A stretch of DNA of 64,000 nt from Podarcis pityusensis (taxonomy: Eukaryota), in assembly GCA_964106645.2 (NCBI GenBank), contig OZ067047.1, one strand, 5' to 3'. Positions 1-13,510 of the stretch are shown here, piece after piece. The notes under the pieces were generated by a model. It worked only from the letters and a program-made list of their open reading frames with translations. It had not been told where the DNA came from and did not search any database. How positions within the stretch are numbered: the stretch's first letter is position 1; the number at the start of each line of letters is the position of its first letter. A program made the translations under genes and the position numbers.

Positions 1-1657
1 AATGCACTTGATAGGTAATGTAAAATTCACTTGCCCCAAATTTGGCATGAACTCTGCCAGTACTAAAGCAGTACCAATTTCTGTTTTAACAGAACATGTT
101 CTTTACAGAATTAATCGTAGGGTAGCAAACAATTTGGACTGATGTGATACAGTTTTCCACCTGTGACAGAATACTTTTTGGGAAGTCTAGAGATGGTCTT
201 GGTAACCTTGCACAATGAAGGCAGCATTTGAGAAGTTTGATCCTTTTTTGAAATGTTGCTTGGTTTTTACTGTGTCCACTGCAACAAGATAGCAACCATT
301 CAAAACTGTGCCAATCAAAACTGTGTGCAGTGGATTCTGAACAAGTAGAAATGAGGCTACAGTTCTTTTCCTAAATGTTACTGTGGACCTGAAGCTGGGT
401 GGAAAATTGGGACTCCAGGATTTATGCCACATTGTGTGCAGAGAGACCCAAGCAAGGTCTGTCTCTTCAAAGAGGTTAGGATTATTTTATATATTAAAGC
501 AGCCACCTGGAGTTTGATGGCTGCTCCACAAGAGGCCCTAATCAGCATTAATTGCACAATAATAGATTGGCTCTATTGTGTAGTCTGTAAACAGTGTTTC
601 CGTGCACTCTGGCTTCCGACACAGTGTTCCACTGTGCCAGAAGTGGTTTAGTCATCTCCTGTACAGAATACCAGTGTATGGTTGCATTTCTTGTGGCCTG
701 CACTGAACTACCATAATGTATGGAATCACTTTTAGTATGAAATCAAAGGTCCTGTGTAGCTGGAAGTTTACTGTTAAGCATGCATGTTGAATGGCTGAAG
801 ATAGTGTCCCTACCCTGTGAAAAGTAGCTTTCCAGAGCTTAGCTTGGAAGCTTTCTTGAGAGACTGTTCCTAGACCCCGTTGCATTCCCCTTCAGTGTTC
901 TTACTAGGTTTTTATGGTGGGATTGATGTGGAGGGAAGAATGTGTCCAACCACAGGGCACATGAGTAGGCAGCAAAATGAGGAGTCTGGACACGGTGCAT
1001 CAAGGGAAAATGATGCACATAGGAAAATGCAGTGTTATGTGCTTTCAAAGTGAACCTCACTTTTGAATAGCTACAGGGAAGAAATGAAATGTAAAATTTA
1101 TACAATTGTTGGGGATCCACCATAAAATCCTGTTGAGAACACTTTTTTCCTGGGAGAGATGAAATTCCTTTCTCTTGTCCTTTCATCCCTTCTCAAACCT
1201 TGTAGATCATAGTGACTTGTATTGTTATTTGTATATATATATATATGCATTTCTTGAGGGATGATGTGAGTTATTCTGAGTATTTTCTTAAACAGAATGC
1301 AATATTACTTGTGTGTCAGCGAAAAATACCTTAAATCTCGTAAGAAACGGATTTTGGTTTTTTCCCTCCAAACTGGGGTGTGCTTAAATGCCCCCTATTT
1401 TGAAATGCAAAATCTGAGGGGAAAAAGTCCCCTGCTTGAGATTTAAGCTGTGGCTCAGGGAAGAATGGGAAATGTGCTCTGAAAAGCCTCACATCTCAAA
1501 CTTGAGATGTTGTACCCTTTTTTCATTTTGGTTTTCTTGCACTTACTGTGGTGGTGCAGAGTGTGCATTTGTGTTCAAATTCTGTAACTTTGGAACTCTT
1601 GTTGCTGTGAAAACAATACGTTTTTGTGCAAATGTTACCTCTTCACGTTAAAAAGGG

Positions 1658-1663
1658 AATAAA
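1658..1663 (+). terminator. Candidate intronic polyadenylation signal AATAAA
   Basis: AATAAA with upstream TGTA motifs and a T/GT-rich downstream run, ending about 1.7 kb with no repeat I recognise. Confidence 0.4.
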
Positions 1664-3734
1664 TTCCAAACAATCTTTCTGAGGTTTCAAAAGTTTCTGA
1701 GTTTTTCTTTTCTACTCCATTGTTTATCTCCTTTGATTCAAGCCTAAAGAGGTGGGAAATGAAGACTTCCTGGAGATGGAGTTTCTGCAGTTGGTCCATT
1801 AGATTGAAATTAAGTGTTGGCTAGTGCTAAGAAAAATATACTTTAGAGTAAGATTTGGCAGGACAAGGATTTGCTTAACATAATTCAGAGCTTGCATTTC
1901 CAGTTTATGGTTCTATAGTATGCATGGAGTCCCGAGGCAATAAGATGCCTTAAAGTAATACATTGGTTCTTCTTAGAGGAAAAATGAGAACTTTGACCAG
2001 CAGCCAAAAATTTGTCCAGTGATTTCAAGTCAATATATAAAATTCAGCCTCTGTCCCTGTTCTCTTCGACTTCTTGCACCCTGCTTCCCAATATCATGTC
2101 TTTAGGTCCCTCGCCTGTCCATTTCTGCTGCCAACAACACATGTATTTTCCTGTCATCAAGGCCCAAGATTGATAGGTTTTTTTCCTATGGTAACTATCT
2201 CTCTCTTTTCTGCTAAAGTGCATTGCTGCTAATGTTCTCATTGTTGCTAACAACATTCTTCTAAACAATTAGAATGTTTATGAACATCCTATTACCTCAC
2301 AAGCTCACCAAGTTTCTTACAGGAGAAGGTAGTGATAGCTGCTCATGCTCTAGCCCTCATACTGAGAAACAGAACCTAGTATGTAACTATACAGAAAGGG
2401 ACAATCTTGATTCTAAATAAATGGAGCAATGATAGCAAACGTGGTACAATCCAGATTTTGTTGCACTACGACTCGCAGTATTTTTGACCAGTGGCCATGC
2501 TGACTGGGGCTAATGGGGGTTGGAGTCTTAACAATATCAGGAAGACACTGTGTTGGCTAACCCTGAACTCCATCAAAGGTGTGGAGCAGATTTAACCTCT
2601 TCCTCAGTGTTCCCTGAGTGAACCCCCTTAATTCTAAATAAGTATGTAAGAACTATTCACTTCTATTGAGAGAAGTAAAGCACTGCACTAAGGGAGCCAA
2701 ACTTGTCCTCCACTATTGATACCTAATGAGCTGTTCCTCTAAAACTGGGGTTTTTCATGCAAGCCAAGTGTGGATTTGTGCACAAAGTACACAGCAATGT
2801 TTGTGCATGCACATGTACACAAATACACAATCCTTCCAGTGCACAAGCCCTCCCTTCATACTACTAAAGCGCTGGAACATGGAGACAAGTGGAAGAGAAC
2901 CCAAACTGTTAAATCCATATCAAAAAAAATTCCAGGGGTTGATTTTCAACTTTAAGAATACCCCACAGAAATAAATATGCATCCACTGTGTTTTGTTAAT
3001 ACCTGATCAGTGAGAATGATGTGTAGCTCTCTTGTTTGTGGTATATTTCTAATGTTGCTTCTGTACTGAATCTGTTGTCTCACCTTTATTCTGCAAAACA
3101 GATAATAATTTTATCACGGTGGCAACTCTATTTCTCAAACATGGCAAGGCTGCCAAAGTTCAGGAATGAACTCGTTTTGGCAGTGGTCAGCTTTGGAAGG
3201 GGTTTCTTTAAAATATTATTGGTTCAGCTCACTCTCGAGACAGTGGGAGAATTCCATAGTTCTACTTTTTCTTTGCAAATTTGCAAACTAATTAAATGAA
3301 CACTGAAAATCTTTTCTCTTTGTCATGCACTCCTTGTCACCGAAAGTAATAGCAATAAAAGGCACGTGGGAGGCCTTGAGAACACTGAACTCCTAAAACA
3401 CCTCTGGTCCTGGATGGTAAAGTAGTTTGCACCTTGAATAAATAGCATTGCTTTGCCAAGTGCTACAGAAGCCAGCAATAAAGCCAGATACTTTCTTCCT
3501 TCACTTCATCTGAATATTCAGCTAACAATTGGTGTTGATTAAATACTATACACTTAGCACTTGACTTGCTGAGTTTCATGGTAAACATTGACAGTGTGTA
3601 TCTCTGTTGTGCACAGAGTAGAATGTGGTGCGTTATCTCCTTTGCATCCGCAATCATATTAAAGATCCTCAGCACGTTGCGTAAAATTGTCTGTATACAA
3701 CTAGACCATAGCAGCATCCTTATGATAAATCAGA

Positions 3735-3912
3735 TCATAGAACTGATTGCAGAGTTGGATGTGATCCCAAGGGTCATCTTGTCCAACCCCTTGCAATGCA
3801 GGGATCTCAACTAAAGCATCCATGACAGAAAGCCATCCAACCTGTGCTTAAAAACCTCCAAGGAAGGGGAGTCCACACTGTCAAACAGCTCTTACTGTCA
3901 GAATATTCTTCC
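3735..3912 (-). mobile_element. CR1 LINE 3'-end fragment
   Basis: catagaa...gagttgga...agggtcatc..gtccaacccc..gcaatgcagg is the reverse complement of a CR1 3' end; similar to the copy starting at 18135. Confidence 0.8.
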
Positions 3913-3940
3913 AGATTATCTGGCTCAGTATTGCCTATAC

Positions 3941-4077
3941 CAGAGATGGGGAAAATGTGATCCTCCAAATGTTGCTGGACTCTCTTCCATGATCCCCACT
4001 CAGCATGGTCTGTGGTCAAGGATGATGGGAGCTGGAGTCCAGTAACATATGGAGGGCCTCAGGTTCCTCCATCCCTG
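3941..4077. mobile_element. About 135-bp palindromic MITE (hAT-like CAG...CTG ends); about 10 related copies in the window
   Basis: Self-complementary arms ccTCCAaATGTTgCTGGACT / AGTCCAGtAACATaTGGAgg. Related copies near 2430-2565, 8140-8263, 25670-25790, 27293-27403, 38397-38532, 39939-40070, 51616-51723, 57901-58035, 59527-59663. Confidence 0.75.
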
Positions 4078-4418
4078 TTATGTCTGTTTCATGTACAACA
4101 AACTTGGGAATTGGTCCAAAACTAACAAAATGAATTTCAATGTAAGGTTCTACACTTAGGCAGAAACAACCAGCATGCCCTATATAACATAGGCAAGTAG
4201 TCCAGCTTGCTAGCTTTCATTTCTTTCCCTCTCAGCTTTATAAGCTTACAGCCACCTCCATGGAACAGGGGCTTCGCAAGATAGAGCCACAACTATAGTT
4301 AGTGAATTCAGACAACATGCCAAACCACAGTTTGCTAAGCCCACCTCAAAACAGAGTTTGCAAACCCAACCCAAGCCATGGATTCTGATTCTGAGGGTGG
4401 GCAAGTTGCAAAACCAGA

Positions 4419-4598
4419 GGAATCTGCCTTATACCAGGTCAAGACTGTTTGTCCATCTAGCCCAGTATTGTATACTGTGGCTGGCAGTGACTCTCTGGGA
4501 GGTCTTGCCCATCACCTGCCATCTGATGTTTTTAAGTGGAGATGCCAGGAATTCTACATGCAAATCATGTTCTCTACCACTGAGCTATGGTGCTTCCC
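4419..4598 (-). mobile_element. tRNA-derived SINE (Squam3-like)
   Basis: Reversed tRNA-like head ...ctctaccactgagctatgg; related copies near 5720-5900, 9598-9795, 12190-12345 (-) and 19180-19365 (+). Confidence 0.6.
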
Positions 4599-5107
4599 AA
4601 TTCAACTTGAGCCAGTATGGAAATAAGTTTGCATTAGGCCTGCTTTAGTTGTTAATTTGAAAAATTAAACTTGCATGATGAACCATCAATGCTATTAGAA
4701 ATATATGGAATCCCCTTTTATTTAGCATTGTCAGCTTTTACAGCTTGTTCATGAGAGTGCCTAAGGCAAGATTTGAAACACACAAACTTCTATGAATAAA
4801 AATTAACTTTTGCTACAATCCTTCCTTGTCTCCTGCTTCCTCTCCCTTTTCTATCGTAAAAAGCCTAGTGATCCAAACAGAAGCTCTGGGATAACCTTCT
4901 AAACACATAACATATAAAGGGGAAAGATCTGCAGGTATTAAGAGAGATACATCACAAACCATAGGGAAGGCCTTTCACACTGTGGCACATAATCCTTTTC
5001 CTTGCAGCTGCATCCCTTGCTGCCACCATAAAATTTGAAATACAAGCACTACTTTCTCACCTCTTTAATGTGCTCTTCTGCAGTAAAGTGTGCAAGGAGC
5101 TCTATAC

Positions 5108-5357
5108 CAGGGGTCAGCACACTTTTTCAGCAGGGGGCCAGTCCACTGTCCCTCAGACCTTGTGGGAGGCCGGACTATATTTTGGGGGGGGGAAATGAAC
5201 GAATTCCTATGCCCCACAAATAACCCAGAGATGCATTTTAAATAAAAGGACACATTCTACTCATGTAAAAACACGCTGATTCCCAGACCGTCTGCAGCCA
5301 GATTTAGAAGGTGATTGGGCCAGATCCGGCCCCCGGGCCTTAGTTTGCCTACCCATG
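5108..5357. mobile_element. Non-autonomous hAT DNA transposon, 250 bp
   Basis: Imperfect TIRs CAGGGGTCAGCACACT / AGTTTGCCTACCCATG; perfect 8-bp TSD CTCTATAC at 5100-5107 and 5358-5365. Confidence 0.9.
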
Positions 5358-5719
5358 CTCTATACATTCAAATCAAAATGCACCCCACCATGAGGCAATG
5401 GTTTTATGTTTATAACATACTTCTCCTGCTTCGACATTTCAAAACATCTCGCCAGAAATATCAGCTTCGCCTAAAAAAAAAAAAAAAAAATGCAACCCAA
5501 AACCCGCCATAAAACATACAAAAAGAAGAGAAATAAAATCAGCAGCATGAGCAAAACACGTATCAGCCGCAAGTAACCTCTACCTCATCTGCAAACCCCC
5601 TGAAATAAAAGTTTTTACAGAACAGCAAGAGACCAAGAGTCAGGGAGCCAAATGAACATCCTGGGAAAGAGAATTCCAAAGCCTGACTCCCCTACATACA
5701 CACCCATCTAACTTGAGAA

Positions 5720-5900
5720 GAACATATATGAAGCTGCCTCATACTGAGTCAGACCATTCTTAGCTCCATCTAGCTCAGAATTTTCTGGCAATGCTACTGT
5801 ATGGTTGTAGATGGAGGTCTTTCCCAGTCTTACATATAAATGCCAGGGATTGAACCTGTAACCTTCTGTATGCCAGAGCTATGGCTGAGCCTATGGCCTC
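5720..5900 (-). mobile_element. tRNA-derived SINE (Squam3-like)
   Basis: gggattgaacct is a reversed B box; body similar to 4419-4598. Confidence 0.6.
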
Positions 5901-6810
5901 TCTGAAAAGGCAGCAGGACAGAGCTTGGGACTCAGCTGAAGACTAAGTGAGAAAGTAGGTTTCATATGTGCAAAGGCAGTTCTTAAGGTATCTTCCACCC
6001 CAGGTCATGTAAGGTTTCAAATGCACTTGGAATTGGGTTTATGTAAGGTTTATCAGCACTTGGAATTGGGCCCAGAAGCAATTATGGAGCCAGTTAAGTT
6101 AGTTTTGGAGTCCACATTCCTCCTATAGACAAGGCTGTTTTGATAACCTGCACCAGTATAAAAAATACATCCTGTGAATTAATACAGAAAAATGAATTAA
6201 TACAGTGAATTAAAACAACGAAGAAACAGCCATAGATAAAGGCTGTGTTTATCTAGAATATAGCAACTCCCCCGTGTTTCTAGTTTGTCACAAGTATGTG
6301 TGTGAACAGTCATATAAGTACTGTAGTTAATGAAGTAACACACACACACAATCTCAAGGATATAGACATGTATTATGGTGCAGGATATTTACTTTAAACT
6401 CTTTTAATATTTTAAAAAACTCAGAGCAACAATAAAGCAGTATCATAAAAAACGGATGCAAACATATAAACAGCAAAACAGTGCTGATGGCTTCCACTTC
6501 TCATAGTCTACTGAGGCTAAAGGGCTCGAGCCTGGGACTAGGCCAGAGGGAGAGAGCTGAACCAGCATAGGGTAGTTGCTAGGCAACTGGTGACATTCAT
6601 TCTCTAGTACTTCTCCCATGCTTTGTAAACAGGCCTTGTGCTAAACTGTTTCTGGGGAGACAAGGAATAGATAGGATAAGATGGGGGCAGAATGTAAAGG
6701 TTGCCAAGTACCTGGATATTTTTTTAAAAAATCTGGTGTCTAGAAACTCAACTCATCAATTTAAAGGTACAGACACTAGATTGCAAACTCTGCTTAAAGT
6801 AACTAATTGA

Positions 6811-6898
6811 CTCTGCAATCCTATATACATTTAACTGGGAATAAGCCAGATTTGACTCAGTGGAACTTACTTCTGAGTAGACATACATAGGGCTATGC
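6811..6898. repeat. Short (about 85 bp) degenerate palindromic interspersed repeat
   Basis: gcaatcctat...atagggctatgc ends; related copy near 30561-30650. Confidence 0.5.
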
Positions 6899-8554
6899 CG
6901 TTAGTATTACAACTGCTGAATGCCCTTCAGAGGGCGAGGGCACCAGAAGTTGAGACTTTTGACACACCTTCTCCATCTGGGGTAAGTGATAATGTAAACC
7001 AGGGGCATCCATTTTCTTCTGTTGAGCGTGGCATCTCATTCTGCAAAGGTTGGTCTGTAGGGGCCAGAGAGGTGTATAGCCACACAGGAGTCAGGATGAA
7101 TAATATAATTGCTGTCTTCTAGCACAGCGGTGGGCAGAATTATCTACTGGTAGATCTCTGGGTAATTTCAATCCGATCTTACTTCAACAACAAAAATGCT
7201 ACCCCCTGCTAAATTATACTGGTGAAATGGAGAAACTGTGTTGCAGGAGAGGGGATACTTTTGGGTGGAACGACTTATGACTCAGTCCAATTCTATCATC
7301 ATCACTATCATTTTATGTCATTAGGAAGTATTTGCCAAAATAAAAGCAATTACTGGAGAAAACATCTCTAAATGTCCAGAGTCTATGCAGCTCAGTCTTT
7401 TCATGGGAGAAAATATTAACTTACAGCTCAAACCTCTAATAAGTTCTCTTTTACTAGCATAGCAGACAGACTCATAATAACGAGATACTGGAAAAACTGA
7501 CTAACAAAATAAAATTGCACAAGGTTTGAAGCTCAAAGACTCATTTGCAACTGAATGGTACAGCTTTGTTATGTACATGTCTCCCCTCGCATTATAAAAC
7601 CTTCCAGTTAACATAAATTATTTATCACCTTCTATACAAATGGTAGTGTGGAATAAGAACTTATTATGTCATTTGGATGTTATTTTGCACGTATTGCCTA
7701 TACGCCATCTTCTGGACTCAGTCCAGTTCAAAACAAATTCCTGGGTTCAACATTTTTATTACAGTATTATTTTATTTTAGTGTATATATTTCACACGAGG
7801 CTTGGTGGATCTTGGGGTTCAAATAAAAATACAAAATATATAATGCAAGCCTGACATCAGCCTAGCCCTAGCTAGTCAAAAGACAGGATGATGATATAGC
7901 AAAGCAGTGCTGCACATAGACCCTCTTCAGATGTTCCTAAAATCTATCCATGTGGTGATGTGTGTGCTTCCCCTCCACACACACCTACTTACACTGAGTG
8001 GGAAGAAGAATTTCAGGAGAATTGTAAGTTTATTCAACTAAATGTGCTTGTTCCTCATTGTGATCAGGAACCCTGTGCCATCAGAATTCCCAATCACAGG
8101 GGCACAGTGGGATAGGGCCGCTGCCAGTAGCCCCTTTACCAAGAATGGAGAACTTGTGGCTCTCCAAATGATGTTAGATTACACCTTCCACTATCCCTTA
8201 CCACTGGGGCTAATGCGAGTTGTGGTACAACGAGATCTGGAGGCCACAAGTTCTCCTTCCCTGCACTACACAGATAGGCTTCAAGAAAACCCAAATAAGA
8301 CTTATGTGAAATGCACATGGCATCTCACATGTTCTGACAATCTTGCTCCTGGATGATTCTGTGGGTACCTGAAAGTAAAAGTGGTGTTTGTGTACACTAG
8401 GGGTCGGGGGGACATTTTTCAGCCCAAGTGTTACTTATCCTTCTAGTCAACCTTCTGCAAGTTATATGCCGGTGACCGGTGGAATCAGAAGCAAAAATGG
8501 ACAGAATAATTTTAACTAGACTAGGCAGCTAGACTGGTGACTGGAAGTGGCTGC

Positions 8555-8974
8555 TGAAACCTGAAAGACCTACATTGGCTCCCAGTACGTTTCCGAGCAC
8601 AATTCAAAGTGTTGGTGTTGATCTTTAAAGCCCTAAACAGCCTCAGCCCAGTATACCTGAAGGAGCGTCTCCACCCCCATCGTTCTGACCGGACGCTGAG
8701 GGCCTTCTGGCGGTTCCTTCACTGCGAGATGTGAGGTTACAGGGAACCAGGCAGAGGGCCTTTTTGGTGGTGGCGCCCACCCTGTGGAATGCCCTCCCAC
8801 CAGATGTCAAGGAAATAAACAACTACCTAACTTTTAGAAGACATCTGAAGGCAACCCTGTTTAGGGAAGTTTTTAATGTGTGATATTTTATTCTGTTTTT
8901 AATCTGTTGGCAGCTGCCCAGAGTGGCTGGGGAAACCCAGCCAGATAGGCGGGGTATAAATAAACAACAACAAC
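8555..8974 (+). mobile_element. L2-clade LINE, 5'-truncated 3' fragment
   Basis: Encodes LHWLPVRFRAQFKVLVLIFKALNSLSPVYL, typical of the L2 ORF2 C-terminus; 3' UTR gcccagagtggctgggg...ccagccagat and a short simple-repeat tail. Confidence 0.85.
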
Positions 8975-9597
8975 TTGGCACAGTAGTGTAGTTTTACACA
9001 CATCAAACACTCTTCTCCATCTGGGCAAATGAGTCATTATGAGAGTTTAACATACCAACCAGGTAAAAACATCCAAGAAAATTAAATGAGTTACAGGTGT
9101 GGTCTGGGGCGCGGGGGGGGGGGCGGGAAGGAGGAGAGAATGACTGAAGAAGAGATGGTGGGCTGGTCAGAGTTCCAAGAGCTATCTCTTGGTATTGTAC
9201 CTTCGTTGGGATTTGGCTCAGTTTTTTGAAATCACAAGATGATGAAGGTGACCTTTCTCAACAAAGCTTTGTTGATTTTTATGGAATTCAATATTTTCTG
9301 GATGCCTCTGGCAACCTTACAGAATAGAATTGTGCACACTGATATTTACTTAGCTGCTATGTGTTTAAAAAGTACAATGTATTCCTGACATCTATTGACC
9401 TTTTTTTAAAAAAGAACGCCTTATGTATTCTAATTAATCAAGGGATTGGAAGCTTCTATAATGTTTCTGATGTAAATGCAGCCATTGATAGTTTTATTTG
9501 GCAGCTGCCCTGATTGAATGCATTAGATTGGACACTTGTTGAAGCCAATGATTTGAAAGCAACATAACTTGACCGGAGTTTATCAGGTTATGATTTA

Positions 9598-9795
9598 GGA
9601 ACACATGTGGCTCCTTTGCCAGATCATTGGTCCCTTTTGCTTAGCACTGTCTCCTCTGACAGCATCTCTTCATGGTCACAGGCAAAAAACTTTCCCATCT
9701 CACCTGCTTTCTGATCCTTTAACTGAGGATGCCAGAGATTGACCCTGGAACCATCTGCATGTGAAGCATGTGTTTTATCACTGAGCTGTAGTCCT
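9598..9795 (-). mobile_element. tRNA-derived SINE (Squam3-like), degenerate
   Basis: gatgccagagattgaccctggaaccatctgcatg...cactgagctg reversed tRNA head. Confidence 0.55.
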
Positions 9796-12700
9796 TGTCA
9801 GCCATGGTAGAAACTGAAAAATGCTAGCCAGTTACGGAGGTGTTTTGAGAGAAAGGAATGGGGGAACAATCATACTGTTAATTGATGATTACAGCCAAAC
9901 AATGGATCACCAAGGAAAAATATGGAAGTTCCCTCTAACCCAAAGTATTTCCCCCTTCCCAATGGGTGGAAAGTAGTCAATACCAGAATTGTTTAGCACA
10001 GAACTGAACATCCTGACAATTTACTTCCAGCAGAACCTTTTGGGCTTCAAAGTATATGGGAAAAGAGCAGTGCTTGCAAAATATTGGATTCCAGAGGTGG
10101 GACTGAGCAGGATGCCCTGTGGTCAGTATTGTGGGGCTTCCGTTCCTGCACCCAGCAGCACAAACAAAACAAATAATTCAAAAGAAGGCAATATATGCAA
10201 ACTAATTGTGTTTGTGTATAGTTTTGCTCAGCACGGTACAAAATGATCCTTTTTTAAAAGCCCTGGTAGGTCTGATGTGGGAAAAGATCTAAGAAAATTC
10301 ATTTAAGAATTCTCTTAATAGTTTTTCTTGCTTTCCTGTGACCGATCTTCTATCAGACACAGTGGCCTGGACTGAAGCTGCAAAGATGCAGTTTGACCTG
10401 TTCACTTTGCAGTTCTGTGGCTAGTTTCTCTGACGGCTTGTTTTCTCTCAGTGGCTTCCACGTCAGATACTAAATGCTGATTTCTACTTCTGATTCCCAG
10501 ACTATAATGTATTCCCAGATTCCAAGTATAATGGCTAAAAGATTGAGCTGTGAAAAAGAATGTCCCTGGTTCCACCATGCAAGCCGCTACCTTCTCAGAT
10601 CTAGCCCCTACCCCACCTCCATGTCTACAATATATAGATAACACTGGCATATATTATAGATTTGTTGTAAGGATTAGAGAGAGAATGGCTAGGGTTAAAA
10701 GAAAGAAACACTTCAACCGAGCATGGGAAGTATTATGAGATCTACTTAAAAAAACAAAACCTGAAATGCTGAGTTCTGTCAACTGGAGCCAGGCATAAAA
10801 TAATCACTGAAGGGCAGAGCTAGAAACAAAATGGCAGAGCCAATTACCTACTTACCCACCCCAGACACTGGGGTAATTTGCATATGCAATTGACAATAGA
10901 CTTCTGAGTACAGGTCAGGGATTCTAATTGCCACCTTTGTGGGGTGGGAAACTTTTTGCTGTGGTTATTGAACAACTGGGAGTCATAAGCTCTTGCTGAT
11001 CTACAGCAAATTATCCAGTATTCCTCTTCCTACACTGTAGAAAACCATGTAGACTTCATTGTTTTTTTAAACAGCTAATTTTTGGGGGGCTATATTGCAA
11101 ATTGCTTTTGAACCCCCCCTTCTTATTCTCAAAAGCAGTTTATTGTGTTTCACATTCTACTGCCATTTACGAACAAGTGCTCAGCCCTTAAGATCCTGGA
11201 CAAAGTACATGAGGCCTCTAACACCGACTTCCCTAACCTGGCACTTTCCAGCTATTTTGGTCTACAACGCCCGTCAGCTTCAGCCAGCATAAAGTGTAGT
11301 ATAAATGCTTATGTATGTTCAGACTTTCTGCCCATCCTAATCCACGCACCTCACAGAAACAGTAGTTGCTGAGTAGCTTCCTACCCTCACTGCAGAACCA
11401 TTGCAAAGGAGGCAACAACCCAGTCAGTCCCTGATTTGTTTTGTCAAAATTGCAATGGGGAATGATGGTTGACTTTATGGGCGGGCGTGGTGTTCAGACA
11501 AATAGCTGTCAGTTTGCTTAATTTTTTAAAAAGTCACAGAAAATGGAGATTATTTTAGGAACATTCTATACAAGGGAAAAAGCCAAAGGACACGTCAGAG
11601 GAGTGATGTTATCTCTGTCCCTGGCATTCCTTCTACCAAGAAGTTGGCTCGGTCAAGGATTGAAATAAATAAATCTTCTGTCAGCTTTCACAAAACAGCT
11701 AAGCGGGCTGCACACTTATGAAAAACAGCTTCTTTTGGTTGATCTGTGTACTGCTCATTGCCAAATGCTTCCAAAACATAAAACTTGATGAATAAAACAC
11801 TTGTCTATTTAAGGATGTTTACATCTTACAACCAGATTTTTTTAACTGCCATATTAGCACATTTACCCATAAAATAATGCAGCAGGATAATAGAATTTTT
11901 AAGTGACGCATCTGTATGCAATACTGGTGTAATAGTGGTACTGTATCTGCTTGACTTTAATAGTAAATGTGCCAATTATTTAACTTCCTTTGGTGGTGGA
12001 TGGCTGGCTGGATAGTGAGGTTGTATACTGAATACTTTTTCATATAAAACTACTAAATACTGTCTTCTCAGTTTGCCTTTGCAACAACCCTGATAGGATG
12101 GTTGCTGTTGTAACTTGCCCAGAGTGCAAAACTTACGGTAGTCACTGGTATAAGACACATATAAATCTGTCTTACAACTAATCAGATTGGGCTAATGTTG
12201 CCCGCTCAGACTATCAGGATCTCTCCCAAGTTATTGGGACTTTCAGAAATCTGTTACAGTGGTCCTTTTAACTGGACATGTAGATTAAAACTGGAATCTT
12301 CAGCAAGCACAACATATGTTCTACCAGTGAGCTATGCCCTTCCCATTAAGTGTGTCACACTTTTAAACCATAAATGTCTTTTGGAATCAACTACACTATT
12401 CAGTATTGAAAGATTTATGTAAATCATAACTGGGTTATTTGGTATATGTTTGTTGTGGTAATGGAGCCTGAGTAAGATATAAGTGTCTACTATGTTGACA
12501 TCAAAAATCAATTCATATATTATGAAATTTTTTTTTAACACACACAAAAATAGCCATAGATTATAATATAAAAAGATCAACCTACAGACTAAGCCATCTT
12601 AGACAATCATGTTACCCTATTATAGAAATGTGATCCTAACTATAAGTATTTAACTCCAGTTATCAACAGTTAAACTTACCTTTATCAAATGAACATTAAC

Positions 12701-13352
12701 AGGACTATTTATCCAGTTTGTTTCTAAAACTAACCTCATTTCTTGCTAACCATCGTTGTGTTATGAACGTCTTAAACTTGAACTAATTATTGCTTCTTCC
12801 TGGAATGGTAAAAATACTCCAGTAACTACATATCCTGCCAACAGTCCCCTTTTTATGTGCTCTGGAAACAGGCACATAATTGCAGTGGGGTCATTGCAGT
12901 GCAGTACAGTTTTGCCAGGGCCCTAACACTTAACAAAATCTTGTATCATGTCCTATGCCTGTTGTCTTCCTGCTCTGAATTTTATAGTCCTGTTGCTAGA
13001 AACATGGAACAGATCAAAACAGAAGCAGTTGTTAAAATTTATATGCTAGTGCAAATGTGAACTTGGTCATTATGCAGTCTGTTTTGAAATGTCACATTAA
13101 TATTAAGCCCCTGAAAATTTGGGGACAGGAGTCGAGATTCACTGACTTTTAAAATCTTGGTTCCTGCATCACCCAATGCACTTTCATTACCCAAAATTCA
13201 TTTTGCATTTGCTACGTAAGCTAAGATTGATAGACCACATTTCCAGACTAGGCCTCCTGGCTCTATAAATTTGTGGTTGGGAGATGACAAAACTCGATTT
13301 TGGCAGAGTCTAGTTACGGTGGTGCTGACGATGGTGGTTTTTATCATCGTTA

Positions 13353-13510
13353 TGAGAGGTGGTGGACTCTCCTTTCTTAGAGTTTTTTTAAGCAGAGGTT
13401 AGATGACCATCTATCATGTATGATCTAGTTGAGATTCCTGCATAGTAGGGGATTGGACTATATGACCCTCATGGTCCCTTCTAACTCTACAATTCTATGG
13501 TTCTATGATT
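13353..13510 (+). mobile_element. CR1 LINE 3'-end fragment
   Basis: gttttttaagcagaggttagatg...ggtcccttctaactct followed by an ATTCTATG-type tail. Confidence 0.85.

Noticed and set aside
2048-2173. Acceptor tttag|2106 reading GPSPVHFCCQQHMYFPVIKAQD*
   Set aside because: Plausible splice site but no homology, donor or nearby poly(A) support.
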